This document shows positions 45,006-57,274 of a stretch of 64,000 nucleotides of DNA, one piece after another (within the stretch, counting starts at the first letter, position 1; every line of letters starts with the position of its first letter). The DNA lies in NCBI RefSeq assembly GCF_000150275.1, contig NW_002060950.1, positions 1,600,106 to 1,664,105 on the forward strand, written 5' to 3'. The position numbers and the translations under genes were made by a program. The stretch comes from Trichoplax adhaerens. Taxonomy: Eukaryota; Animalia; Placozoa. The notes beneath the pieces were generated by a model. The model was not told the DNA's origin. It did no database searches and was given only the letters and a program-made list of their open reading frames with translations.

Positions 45006-45946
45006 TTAGATCGAACGATGTGCCCACTGTTTAATCATCACTTTCAACGTTTCATTCTTCAGCAATGGTCCAATTAAGGGATTCAGTTGAGTCAAGTAAG
45101 CACATAGCCAGCTGAAATAGAATGATCAGTTAAGGAAGAAGCAGGACAGACCTAACGATTCATCCTGGTCGATTTTATCTATGTGTTCCAGGCACTTTTT
45201 ATCACTGAAAGTAAAGATTTTACTAGCCAATGTGCATACTATATACTAAGATTAGTACAACAAGACACCGTCAGATGTGCTACTGGTAAGTGAAGTGGAT
45301 TTTATTGTACTTTTGGAAAAAAATAATCAGTAAGGATACAATAAGTAGCAGCAGACAGCCGTTGTAACCAACATGGTCTGGATTAACCTAAGAAAGAAAA
45401 TGAATTGTCATGTTTATTCGTTTCTACATAGCATGGATAACATGGAGTTTTAAAGTCAATACCAACAGTAACATTGTCCCAAAATTGAATTGAACGGCCG
45501 CAACTATTTCAGCCATAGCGATATACTCGTAATCATCGACTGAGCAGTATTGTAATTGTACTCAAGTATTCTACTCGTATGCAGTAGTCATGTCGAGAAT
45601 GGACCATAACAAGACTTTAAAATGGATCGTCCTATCTCCATCTAAATTTCATTTTCAAGCTATTTTGACACTACTGTATGCTGTCAAATAAACTGAAATA
45701 CTGTCGATCTACTCCAATAGACTAATGCGTTAGCGTTAGTTAAGCATGGACAGTTTATTAAACAAGACGAACTTCATTAGTGATTGGTGTCGTTGCTACA
45801 GCGACAACCATGCCATAGCGTACTGTATGAAGAATAAGGATAACTTACTGTCGATTAGGATTCTTTTTAGGGACAAAGAAAGGCGCAACACCACCTACAA
45901 GAAACCAGAAAGAAGTAAAAATAACAAGAGGAACCCAAGCGGCCAT
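45006..45946 (-). CDS. ATP6V0E: V-type H+-ATPase V0 subunit e, canonical-looking paralogue b (83 aa)
   Basis: Exons 45849-45946, 45340-45387 and 45006-45111 (98/48/106 nt) splice to [95 protein letters not shown].GP and LKNET resemble the mammalian subunit e. Confidence 0.95.
45112..45339 (-). other. U12-type (minor spliceosome) GT-AG intron in ATP6V0E paralogue b
   Basis: 5' splice site GTATCCTTA; consensus branch site TTCCTTAACT at 45137-45128, close to the 3' CAG. Confidence 0.92.
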
Positions 45947-46074
45947 TTTTCAACCTTGTTCACCAATCAACTCGAGCGATAGTGAACCAATATCTACTGG
46001 ACTGCGTTCCAAAACTCAACCCCAATACTGTACCCAAGGGAATCTTTCCACTCCGTCCAGCAACTCGTCTCTAC

Positions 46075-46350
46075 CGTACCGTACCGAACCGAACCTTTCA
46101 TCATGCTTGGATCGGTTCGTTTTTCTCTCTCGTCATCGAATCATGTGATGGTCGCACCCGCTCGCAGGACCAGTACCGTACTGGTACTGTACTGGTACTG
46201 ATACCTTTGGTATCGGTACGATACCAAAGGTTGACTTGCTTGGCGTTCAGGCGATAGAGATACGATATACTGTACAGTGTACAGTACTGTAGTACATTTG
46301 TACATTGCACTGTACTACTGTACATTGTACAGTACTGCACGCTACTGTTG
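46075..46350. promoter_or_regulatory. Palindrome-rich GTAC/TACTGTAC cluster in the divergent ATP6V0E-PSTK intergenic region
   Basis: TACTGTACA-N-TGTACAGTA at 46268-46286 and 46316-46334; perfect 13-bp hairpin at 46203-46231. A regulatory role is inferred from position only. Confidence 0.45.
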
Positions 46351-46401
46351 TCTACAGTATGCGCGTTATTACTCTAAATGTCCATGAACTACGATGGTAT
46401 C

Positions 46402-47185
46402 GGATGGACAGACTCTTGACCAGATGCGGCCGAAAACAAAAATACTTGCTCAGTATGCATCTTCCGTGTCTGTTTTGGAAATCGCTCGTATTCATTTGAA
46501 TAACATGGATGACCTCAAGTTACTGCTTCCAAGCAAAACTTAGTAACAGGCAATAGAATACAATGTAATATTACTTAATTAATATAGCAAAAATCAGTCA
46601 ATTCACAATCGATAGTCTTTATACTAAAGTGCTGTCATAATGAAGTGTTTGATACAATTGGTTGACCAAAGTTAGCCCGGTGTCTGTCCGTCCAACGGAA
46701 TGTCCAGTGTCCAGTCCAGCAACCCTTCTCGTCGTCCATGTCCAATTGTCCGTAGACCATCGTACAGACAGCGACTTCCAAGACTAACCAATACTGTACC
46801 TAAGAGGTTGGACCCGCTCTTTGAGCAGTATACAGCAGTAGTTACCGTCATGGACTAGAGTAGTATGTGGGGAAGAACTCAGACAGACAGAATCTTTGAC
46901 CAAAATGAGACCATCAGTAATGTCGAAGAATGACCACTTAGTATGGATCTTCCGTGCGTGTTTGCACTGGCACTAATTTAAATAACATCATCGATCTTAT
47001 ACTGTGTAGCTGTGTCCAAGAAGCACTTTATTAATAGGCAATAAGATTCACTATAATATTACTTAATTTAGAAGAAATCAGCCAATTCGCAAACTGCATG
47101 CTTACTGTAACTCTGTAAGTACTGTTATAACCAAGTGTTTGGCATAATATTTCGACAAGATGAGGTCAACGATGTCTGTCCGTCC
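46402..47185. repeat. Two diverged direct copies of a ~300-nt element with complementary termini (46402-46693 and ~46880-47185)
   Basis: Colinear shared blocks: AGTATG.ATCTTCCGTG, AGGCAATA, TAATATTACTTAATT, AAATCAG.CAATTC.CAA, AAGTGTTTG, TGTCTGTCCGTCCAA. Confidence 0.8.
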
Positions 47186-47402
47186 AAGAGTGGTCAATCC
47201 AGGTCTTCTGGTACACGGTACAGTATAGTACAGTGCTTTACTACAAGCGGTAGTAAAACAGCCAATAAGGATCAGAAATAGCAGAAATAAATCAATAAAA
47301 TAAGTAGAGAATCATTTCCACCACCGATGGATTAGTTTCTAGGCCAAATGATGAAAGCCAGTTAACATTTTGAACAGTTTAATGAATTAGTTATTCCCAA
47401 AG

Positions 47403-49941
47403 ATGGCTAGTCAGACAGTTTTACTCGCTGTTTATGGATTGCCAGGTGCTGGTAAAACATCTTTAATTCATCGATTAATATCAGCATTGCCCAATCATGC
47501 TCAGCCATTGATCCCCATTCATATTTGTTATGACTCAATACTACCTAAGGAAATTGACTTCCAGGTAAAGGCATCACGAATCGAGTGTTAATGCATGCTA
47601 TTGCATAGAAAGAGTTGCCTACAGGCTGTACAACTAGTATACCTATTATTGCAAATAATAATGTTTTGGAGGTAAATCATGAATATGTTTACAGTATTGG
47701 TGACTTCAAGCAATGCATTACGGATACCCCATTTTGCAGCTCATGTGATTTGTAGTAGAATTATTATTAAATATCAGCAACGATGAATGTTATTATTGCA
47801 CAATCCTTATGTCGATAAGTCCTGATTTCCAGCGGTTTAGTTACAAATCATACGGATATCGGAGCTTATGCGTAAGAATCTTCTTCAAAATTGGACGATG
47901 ATAGCTATCTCAGATGGCCAGTAGACGCGTAAAAGTACAGTACTACGAGAATGTCCCCGTTGGCAGTAAAAGTAGATTGTGCTGCAACCGACACAGTCCA
48001 CTTCATAAGTCTTAAAAAATGCTATAGCATTGTTCCTTAATGACTCATATCGAATTGGGTGATGGTACTAGGCGCCATTAAAAGATGATCTTCTTTTAGT
48101 AGTCAATAATAGCACTATACGTGGACGAGCTTGTAATTTCACCAGAACCAGTAATTAATCATTGACCGCAAATAGGGTTCTTGATAAATATAAGGAATCG
48201 TAATATACTATACTGTACTACGAGCTAATAAAATCTCCTGATACGAGAAATGCAGTGATAACAAGGGCCAGAGATGACTCACGTAACCGTAGAAGTTTCA
48301 AGATACACAGTATACTGTTTTGGGAAACTAACAAGTCTTCAATCGTTTTTAGGATAGTGAAGATACAATATGGAAGAACATGAGGCAGCTTATTTTGGAT
48401 TGTATTGAATATTATGAATGTTTTGATGATACTCTACTACCGTGGCAGACTAACCCTGATTATCGCGAAAAATGGCAAATCGTAAAAGAGATGATACAGA
48501 CTGCTAAGAAAGACAGTAAAAGGTGCTATTTGTTAAAATGAGATGTCATTGTAAAGTACTTTATACAACGAGTTCGACAACAAATTCTAATTATATAACT
48601 CTATTATCCATGATAAAATATCGTAGGTGCCTTTATATACTAGATGATAACTTTTATTATCGTAGTATGCGATATAAGATCTATCAGCTAGCAAAGAAAC
48701 GTGAGTGATTATTTCTTATTATGTGCAGTATTCATTTGCGAATGATGCTCGTATAGATCTATTTATTTTACATCCATTTATGCAATTGGGCCAATTTACT
48801 AGTGATAGTAGAACAGATAATCTTACAGTACTGTACATACTACCGCTTATCAGATCGTTGTGATTATTTGCAAAGCATAATTTGTGTTGTAAAAGTATTT
48901 CGCTTCTGTACGCATAGTATTTGATTGGCATAAGTTATACCTGATTTGTTGATCATTTAACTGTATTTAGTGTTTTATAGCATTTTAAATTGTCGTCGTA
49001 CATTTATCTGGTAGATGCATGGGGATATGGTCAGATTTGGGTAAAGTGCCCTCTTGAAGTAGCGTTTCGGCGAAATTGTAACAGAGTAGTTCCAGTTGCT
49101 CAAGCAACGATTACAAAAATGGACAGCAAATTAGAAGTTGCCAATTCCAGTAAATTTCCTTGGGAAGACAATAACTTCATCTTTGAAAGTACCAATGAAG
49201 ATCCTGATAATTGGTAAATTTAGATATGATAATGCATATTTTATTAGTAAGGAAAGATAGATACACGTTATGTAGACGCTTCACCGCTAAAATTGCTTTG
49301 CATTATAAAGTTAAAAGTTGCTTCGATTGTAAGGCTACCGTTGAAATGTTTTAAAATTTTTATTCTACTAGGAAGATGTTGCTCGATTTTACTATAGATA
49401 CCTTCAGCAAGCCGGTAGTATTTATTTCTTCGACAGATGAGCTACAAAAGGTTTATAAATTAGCTAAATTAAATGGAGGGTTACTTCGTAATAGCATTTG
49501 CATTATCTGATCTGATATTTCTGTCATGCATTTGTTATTGTGGTAATTGGATAGGAGAAAGATCGATCAATTATTGCCAATAATTTCCTACATCAAGCTG
49601 ATAAAATACTGAGAAAGTTAGTTTCACAATCTATACAACAATATATTGGAAAGGGTAAATATTTTTATTTTGCTTTGCTATTATTCAGTGATTCCTACTT
49701 TTGCTACCATTAATATTTAATTGTTATCTTTCGTCAAATTGTATACGTAGTAGGGAAAATAAATTCTCAAAATATAGATATATCCAAGGAGTTCAATGAT
49801 ATTAGAAAGGATATTATGACAGATTTACGCCGAAATTCCAACCCACAGCTTTATCAAGTGGAGTGCACTAACACTGACGAATTACCGTCTCTACTGAATC
49901 GGATCTATACAGAAAGGTGCTTGATGAAAGGTCATAAGTAA
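47403..49941 (+). CDS. PSTK: L-seryl-tRNA(Sec) kinase; 7 exons
   Basis: P-loop GLPGAGKT, HICYD, signature ILDDNFYYRSMRYKIYQLAKK, CPLEVAFRRNCNR...PWE, and HQADKILRKLVS. Exon 1 is 47403-47564; stop TAA at 49939-49941. Confidence 0.93.
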
Positions 49942-51038
49942 AGATGGCCAGCTATTGCTTAATAGAGTACGAGCATAGATCGTCACCAAATAATGATATC
50001 AAGGTTGTCATTACCTGACTATATGCAAACATTTCTATTGTATGGACTAAAATGCACTGATGCATGTCATGCCATTGGTATTTATAGCTGTTTTCAGTGT
50101 CTCTAATAAAACAATAGTATCTTATTCTGTAAATAACTTATACAGAAATGTACAGTATCTTAATATAAGTTAATAGTACAATAAACAATAAACCGTTCAA
50201 TATAATATTATCGTACAAATTTTTAATGCACAATAATTTTTATACGAAGTATTAATAAATGACAACTTGTCATATGATGCTATTTGGATTGTTATTACTG
50301 TGACAACGCGCACAGTTCTTATATAAAGCAGTAACAACAATCATTAAATTAAATTTACAATCTCAATAACCTAATACATAATTAAATATAGAATTCAGCA
50401 TTTTGATGCACGTTCATGTTTGATAAGCTTTGTAACTTATAGATAAGAAACTCTTAAACAAACAAGTGGATAATCAGATGATATAAAACAGTAACCTATT
50501 GCACATATCGTATTTGCAAGGAATATAATATTCACTATGAAGATAGTAGTTTCTATTAACGCCGTATTTTAAAACATTGCTAGTCAACTAAAGGTAGGCG
50601 TACATGTGATCAATTACAAATCGACTTGAATTATGTTAATGGTAACTCATTGTGTAGTTATGACGAAGTTGCAAACATCTAAGTTGATAGATTTGTATAT
50701 TACATAAAAGATCGGCTATTAAAATGTAGCAATAACCATCAGCGGTAGCAATACATTATTAAGTTAGTTGTGAGTTCCAAATCAAGATGCCTTGATAACT
50801 ATTAAAATTAGATTGCAAAAGTTGAATTTGAAATCACATTTAAAATTTTTTATAGGGTGATGCTCATCATGGCATTATGAAAAATAGACATTCTTATAAT
50901 GCTCATGATAATCTTATAAGAGTCAATATGTCGAAATATCGGGAAGGTTCTATCGATATTATACAACATAGGTATCCATTTATACCGTAAATATCTATAT
51001 ATATTCAGTTACACTACACTGTCATACTATAAAACTTT

Positions 51039-54000
51039 CTACTTCGATTTACTTTCTAAGTTTTCTCTGTAGTTCCTATATATAACAGATGAAAGAAATA
51101 TGAATCGCAATTGCTAAGCAAGAACTCAGGTTGTCATTATTTTATGTGTGCTTACTTCCGTGCTCTTTCTATTAAAGCTTCCCTTCGATCTAATAGAGAC
51201 GTAAGTCTTTCTGATGAACTTCTTCCAAAGTTCTTAGATGAGAATAAACTTCTATTAGGCTGTAAAGGACATCGATCATTTATCAATATCATTTTTGACT
51301 ATGTCGCAATAGTAATATCAAATTTATCTTACTGATGTAGATATCTCATTATTTTCGGTCTTCTTAGGTGGAGTTACAGGCGTATACTTAATTCTGCCAT
51401 CCAAGATTTTAGCAATAGTGTCATCAACGTTCTTAGTTATAGCTGTAAGAATAACAAAGGCAGAAATTAACATCTGACACTACTTTGCTTTTTGGGGGTA
51501 GTTTTAATTCTTATAGTCACCTAAATCCTTTTGAATTACATCGTAAGGAACCTGAGGAAAAACATCTTGCACTTGTTGCACCATCTTGGCCAGTCTGGTA
51601 TCCCTGGTAGGTGTTGTGGTCTTGGGGGATTTACTGCTATCTTTTTGTGGTGTCACAGGTTGAACAACTTCAGTTTGCGGATTATCGCTATTTATAACAC
51701 CATCTAAATAGTAAAATTAAGCATAAACGATTTATACAACGCTCAATAGAAATAAATATCTTTTTTCCATCAATAAAATATATCACCGTCTGCCTGTTTT
51801 TTTATTTGGGATGCCGATAACGAAGACTGTTCAGAGACTATTGGATCACTTCGCAAATTTAAAGCCTCACTTATCTCCTGTAAACATATTGATGAAAGTT
51901 GGTAAGGAGGCAAATATAAACGTTAGCCCTTAGCTGTTAGTATACAGATATCTCGTATATCTATTTCACAAAATGCCAAATTTAATAATATATAATACCT
52001 TTCGTAATCTAAATATAGCTTTATCATTAGATTCATTTGCATCCTTTGATAAGACAGGTAAAATACTAGATCATGAGAGTATAAGGGTAAATATTATTAT
52101 TTATCGTATTACACAAACATGGTTCATGCCTGCAGGAATGATTAGTTCATACCGTATATCATAAAATGTATAAGGAACGAAAAAATGCCACAATAGGTCT
52201 TCCCATCGATTACTGGTTCGAGTAGTCTAATAAATATTAAAATGAAGATAATGCGAATATCACCCTTACGTCGTATCTTCCTACTGTATCGATACTAAAA
52301 CAAACTACCTACCAATCTGACATAACCAAGAAATGGTCGTGTAGCTTTAATTACAATCTATATAGAATAACATAGGCAATGTCAAAATCTTGGTAAGATC
52401 ATAATATTAAGTATTGCTTAGTTTACATAATACATGAATCAAGATGCTACAATAGCAACGTTCTTAACAGCAACTTCATACTCGATGTGTTTATGATCAC
52501 TAAATCATTATACTTACTGGCTGTACAGAATGTTCTGTCTCGAAAATCCAATCACTGTTGAACGATAAAATATGTAAACACGCATTTATGAAAATGTACA
52601 GTTTACGCTACGTAAACGAAATTGATTTTAAAATGATTAGAGTAAACGGTAAGCAGATTACAAACATGAGTACAGTATATCATCGTACAATTTAAGTGCT
52701 ATAAAAATTTACTGATCTCTTACCAAAATTCTAGTAAGGATTTTCCATCGGAAATAGTGCGTTCAGGGAAAAGAAGGATGGGTTGAGATAACTCTAAAGG
52801 CAATTAAGTGTCATGGTTAGTTTACATTAGGATATGAAGAAGTAGAATTTTATCTGAGAAACTGCAAGATCTTTGGGGAAGTAATTACTGCCATATTACA
52901 TAAATGATCAATAATGTAACAGTCTACGTATTAGTTTAGTGACTACACACTTGCTACTCGTTATTACTAATACTACTTTCACTATAAGATATAAATGTTG
53001 TAGAGGCATACGCGTTAGCAGAGCAATGAGGGAATGCTAGTAAGAGAGTATGAAAGTAAAGCTGTAAGATACAGTGCTCACCAGTTTTGCTTTTACAAGC
53101 CTTAAGGAATTCTTCTCTTGACGGATAATAATCTTTGCTATATGATCTATTGACCTTCATTGGATATAAAGAATAAGTGCTACTTTAGGACTATAATCAA
53201 TCTGTATGAAATCAATCATTTAAGATATACAGCAATGCATTGATTACATGGCAAAAAAAGACCCTGTATTCATTCTTCAAGTATTATGCCATAATTACAA
53301 ACGCGGTGGATAACAGATTAGGAGTCCTGACTCGCTAAGCTACTACACGCTACCCTGCAGTTACCGTACGTCAAGTTCCTTCTAAGGTAAAAATTCTATT
53401 TGCACTATTAGCACGTCTACCGAATATTACTTTCCAATGGGATACTTGGATAGTGGTCATGTACGGTATACAATAAGGTGAAGTCATTAAAATTTCGAAT
53501 CAACTAGCAACATTATCGATATTTTTAAAGGCATCGGCTGATGTACTAAACCTGTGATCGTAACTGGAACTATTGACTCTAATTAGATACGGTATTGTTC
53601 TTTCCAGTTATTAACGTTCACACTACTTCATGGACATAAGTATTTTTAATCAAGCGAGTTAAAACTGGTACAATTTACTGGATCCAGGAGACCAGGATCG
53701 CACAAATTGCAGTTTTGCTCAATCCTGATTACTGTACTACTGTATCCTGTATTTTTAGGCTGCTATCGACTAAAGAATTTCCATATATCAACATGGAAAG
53801 ACGACAACTAGATAAGAGCGATAAGGCTATCTATCGGCTTGATACAGAGGTTAAAACCGGGTGCAAGAGATTCGCTCAAGTATGTTCCCAACTTACTTGT
53901 AACGTCGTATTCAATACGGTAGCATCCATAACCGATACATGATTACTGACGATAACCTATACAATAATATAGCATATAATACGATTAGAGAGACTTTTGA

Positions 54001-54523
54001 TGTTGATCTAGAGATAACTTTCCATGAAGTCAACAAGCAATTTTGCCTTGATCATACCGAAAGATTACGAACCTTGTTATTCGAGGATAACTGATGACGG
54101 CCAGAACAATGCACTAGCATACCACAAACAGCTGAAATACTTTGCAATATAAACCTACAAGAATATTGAAGCAAGTATCGCATGAATGACACATTTTAAT
54201 CACGATCAATATATCATGGCTTTGATTGCAGGTCAATTAATCCAACCTTCTTATAGAGCCATAGTAACATGGTATGAAATGAGCAGCTAATTGCAGCTGC
54301 AGATAGACAGCAAGGCGTAAAATGAGTAGAACCAATCCAATTGGACCGTATAGCAAAAGGAAGATTAACCGGATATCGTTTGGAAATCTATAAAAAAAAT
54401 AATTCATAAATGCTTGGTTGTATGCTCAAAGTATCCATCAGACTCTACGGATAAGTAGTCTAGTTAATGAATGATTAATCACAACGAAAGCAGACTGTTG
54501 ACCAACCTAGATGGACTAGCCAT
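51039..54523 (-). CDS. AUP1: Ancient ubiquitous protein 1 (lipid-droplet/ERAD factor): membrane hairpin, acyltransferase-like domain, CUE and G2BR
   Basis: RFPNDIRLIFLLLYGPIGLVLLILRL; VSNHVSVMD; PILLFPE; CUE-like MVQQVQDVFPQVPYDVIQKDLAITKNVDDTIAKILDG; G2BR-like ERLTSLLDRREALIERARKNY. The 17-nt first coding exon (54507-54523) is inferred; stop TAG at 51039-51041. Confidence 0.9.
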
Positions 54524-54779
54524 TTTTCTGCAGGTTGCAATGATGGTCAAGGCCGCACGCGTGCCGCGAACTTTATTTCCAGTTAAGGGTTTACACTGTA
54601 CTGTACATGCTGTAGCGTGCCGTACAGTACAGCACCATGGACTACAACATACTGACAGACAGGCAGACTCACTGTAGTCATGGGCTTCTACAGCTGGAAG
54701 CCCATGCTTTGGCTGTACGATAGACTTTACAGTACACAGTTAGATCATCGTCGGGGTCAGTCCACCATGGAGGAGGCAA

Positions 54780-55270
54780 TAGAAAAAAAGCCTTTCGATG
54801 GTATTATATCAATGAAGTGAGGTGATCAGCAAGAACAGTCCAAAAATCCATACTAAATAGGTATGGACTCTTCAACATGCTCGATAACCCCATACTAGAT
54901 CTTGGATTTTGGTGCTTACTATTGCAATCGAGAAGATGCTAGTGGCATCATGGGGAAAGGAGCTAGAACTAGAATCAGGGAATGATGTAGAATAAGTAGC
55001 TAAATATTATCATGATGCAAATCATTTTCAACAACTGCTGCTCATTAAAGTTTGGGACGATTATGAGTCGCTTAGGAACGATGTATTAGGTTAATAGCGA
55101 TAGAGTACTTTCAAATTGATATGAGTCTCATCAAACATGCTTAATAACACTGTCGATCTTCGGTTTTGGCTCTTGCTATTCAAATCGAGTAGTTGCTATG
55201 GCATCATAAAAAGTAGCACTACAGTTTATTTATTACTAGTATCAGGAAATGGAGTATAAGTAGTTAAGTT
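54780..55270. repeat. Degenerate tandem duplication, ~257-nt unit, 2 copies
   Basis: GATCTT.G.TTTTGG..CTT.CTATT..AATCGAG.AG.TGCTA...GGCATCAT at ~54898 and ~55155. Confidence 0.7.
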
Positions 55271-55809
55271 AAATACTTGATTACTTGTGTCATGCCATTT
55301 AATTTTTTCAATCAATTATGAACATAGAGTCGTAGAAAACCTGGAACAATGATATAAATAAGTTGTACTTATCGGACCTAACATAACAGTAGTAGAAAGA
55401 AAGAACTACGCTATGCCTTTCGCATATTCGCTTGGTGCTCAACGCAAAAAGGCAGCTAGGGCAGCAGACAGTTACAAGACGGTTAGTACTTTACAATAGT
55501 TTAGATATTTCATCAACCAACAAACAAACAGACTTCTATTTCTATACATGTAAGGAAATTGAAGTATAAAACAGCAATGTTTATATTGCATAAGCGATGC
55601 CAACATAGAAGTACGTATATCATCAATTTTAACTTTATGGTAGTACCTAATACACAATACTGTACGATGGCCACGTAAAACATACACAGTATACTGCTTA
55701 GCTGATACTAATAAAGCATTACAAATCCAGGCATATCTGTTACTAACTAATCTAATGAAACAAAATCAGAGCATACAACTGATTTTATTGCTTATAACAT
55801 TGTAGCATA

Positions 55810-55814
<5 letters not shown>

Positions 55815-55843
<29 letters not shown>
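55815..55843. repeat. (AT)n microsatellite
   Basis: About 14 perfect AT units. Confidence 0.95.
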
Positions 55844-57274
55844 CTGTGCATATGTATAAACACAGTTACTGCATTAATTGACCTAGTTGATACCTTAGCT
55901 GGATAAATATCTGGTATAACAGGGATAAATAAATATGATTATAACACAGAAGAAATACTAAAGTCGAAAATACGTACATCGTATATCAATATCAGAAATT
56001 AGCAAGGTTAAATCATAGTAGAGTAATTAATTATCAATATAAACATTTGACGATCGATGCTGTGCGGTATTTCGGCATACAAAAAATTAAAATTACTGTA
56101 CAATTCTAATGCATCCGAAATATGTTTGTCGTACTGTAGGGCTTTCAACTAAGTACTCTATCAATAATTAACACATCAACGCGCACATATTTGGTATATA
56201 GCTTATATAACGATACCGCATAAAGATACAATCAATGATTCGTAATTCCTAGTTCAATCAATTTTGTAATGTAAAGCTAAATATCGTTACATTTGACTAT
56301 AGAATTGTAAAACACTCGTATCTAGATGATAATGGCTAAAAAGTACCGTAAAATATTAGATAAATAACTTAGTAAATATCATTTGAAGTGTTATATGGCA
56401 ATAAATTGTATCATGTTTTACTTTATCTGGCTCACAATTATCGTTAATATAACATAAATGGCATAAATGACATCTGGCTGGAATACTCCTCAACAAAAAT
56501 TATTTAAAATATATGTTTGCTCTCATTGGAAAATAAAATTTTAAAGCATATTTTAATTTAATGTAAACAATAGCGTACGTGTAATTTATAGGCGCTTTAA
56601 AAATCGATATAAAAACCAATGTGAACAATTAGCATTTAATCAATTAGTAATCTCACAATAACTAAAAATCTGGTCTAAGTTGGGTTGAAGCAATTGGGGA
56701 ATGTTATCATGATAATTTAATAGTAATTTCTACTTTTCTTAACTTAATGACAATTAAATCTATTAGTATTGGTGTACGTGATTTGCCGTTAAGTTATTGT
56801 TGGTAATGTAAGAATTCGATCAAATCACGAATGTAATAATAGAAAATACTAAAATATTAATCACTTTCAATTTCTAAAGCTAGAATTAGATGAGGAAACA
56901 GAAATTATTTCATTCTCCAATTTTAGCTTCAGTTGCTAAAGTTTAGAGCAGGGTCGGAGCTCCTTCCTGGTCATTATAGCCATATAAATGTATTCCATAG
57001 ATTTCATTCAACCGTTCGAATAATTTATGGGATTAATCTAGCCATTACAGAATTAAGTCAAATGGCAATAATTCACTTCGATTGTTAAAGATATTGATAA
57101 ATCACCCGTAGAGTTAGTGGTAAAAATACTACGTAGTCATTTTTTCTTCAATTTTCATTATTTTAAATGACGATATTGCTTTTCTGCTGATACCAAACGA
57201 GGATTTCGTAGTAAGTATAAGTTAACATGTCGTATTTTGAAACTTACTTCCTTAAAAGGTTATTCAACAGAACT

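Noticed and set aside
45746-46499. Overlapping ORFs in the ATP6V0E-PSTK intergenic region
   Set aside because: Antisense to ATP6V0E exon 1, or produced by stop-poor GTAC low-complexity sequence.
57236-57252. Donor-like GTAAGT just downstream of the SEPSECS stop (possible 3' UTR intron)
   Set aside because: A single hexamer with no identifiable acceptor; needs transcript data.
49942-57274. tRNA-Sec gene or SECIS element accompanying the Sec cluster
   Set aside because: By eye I found no tRNA-Sec-like cloverleaf with a TCA anticodon and no convincing SECIS. The weak hairpin at ~55413-55453 lacks the ATGA/GA core. A computational scan is still advisable.
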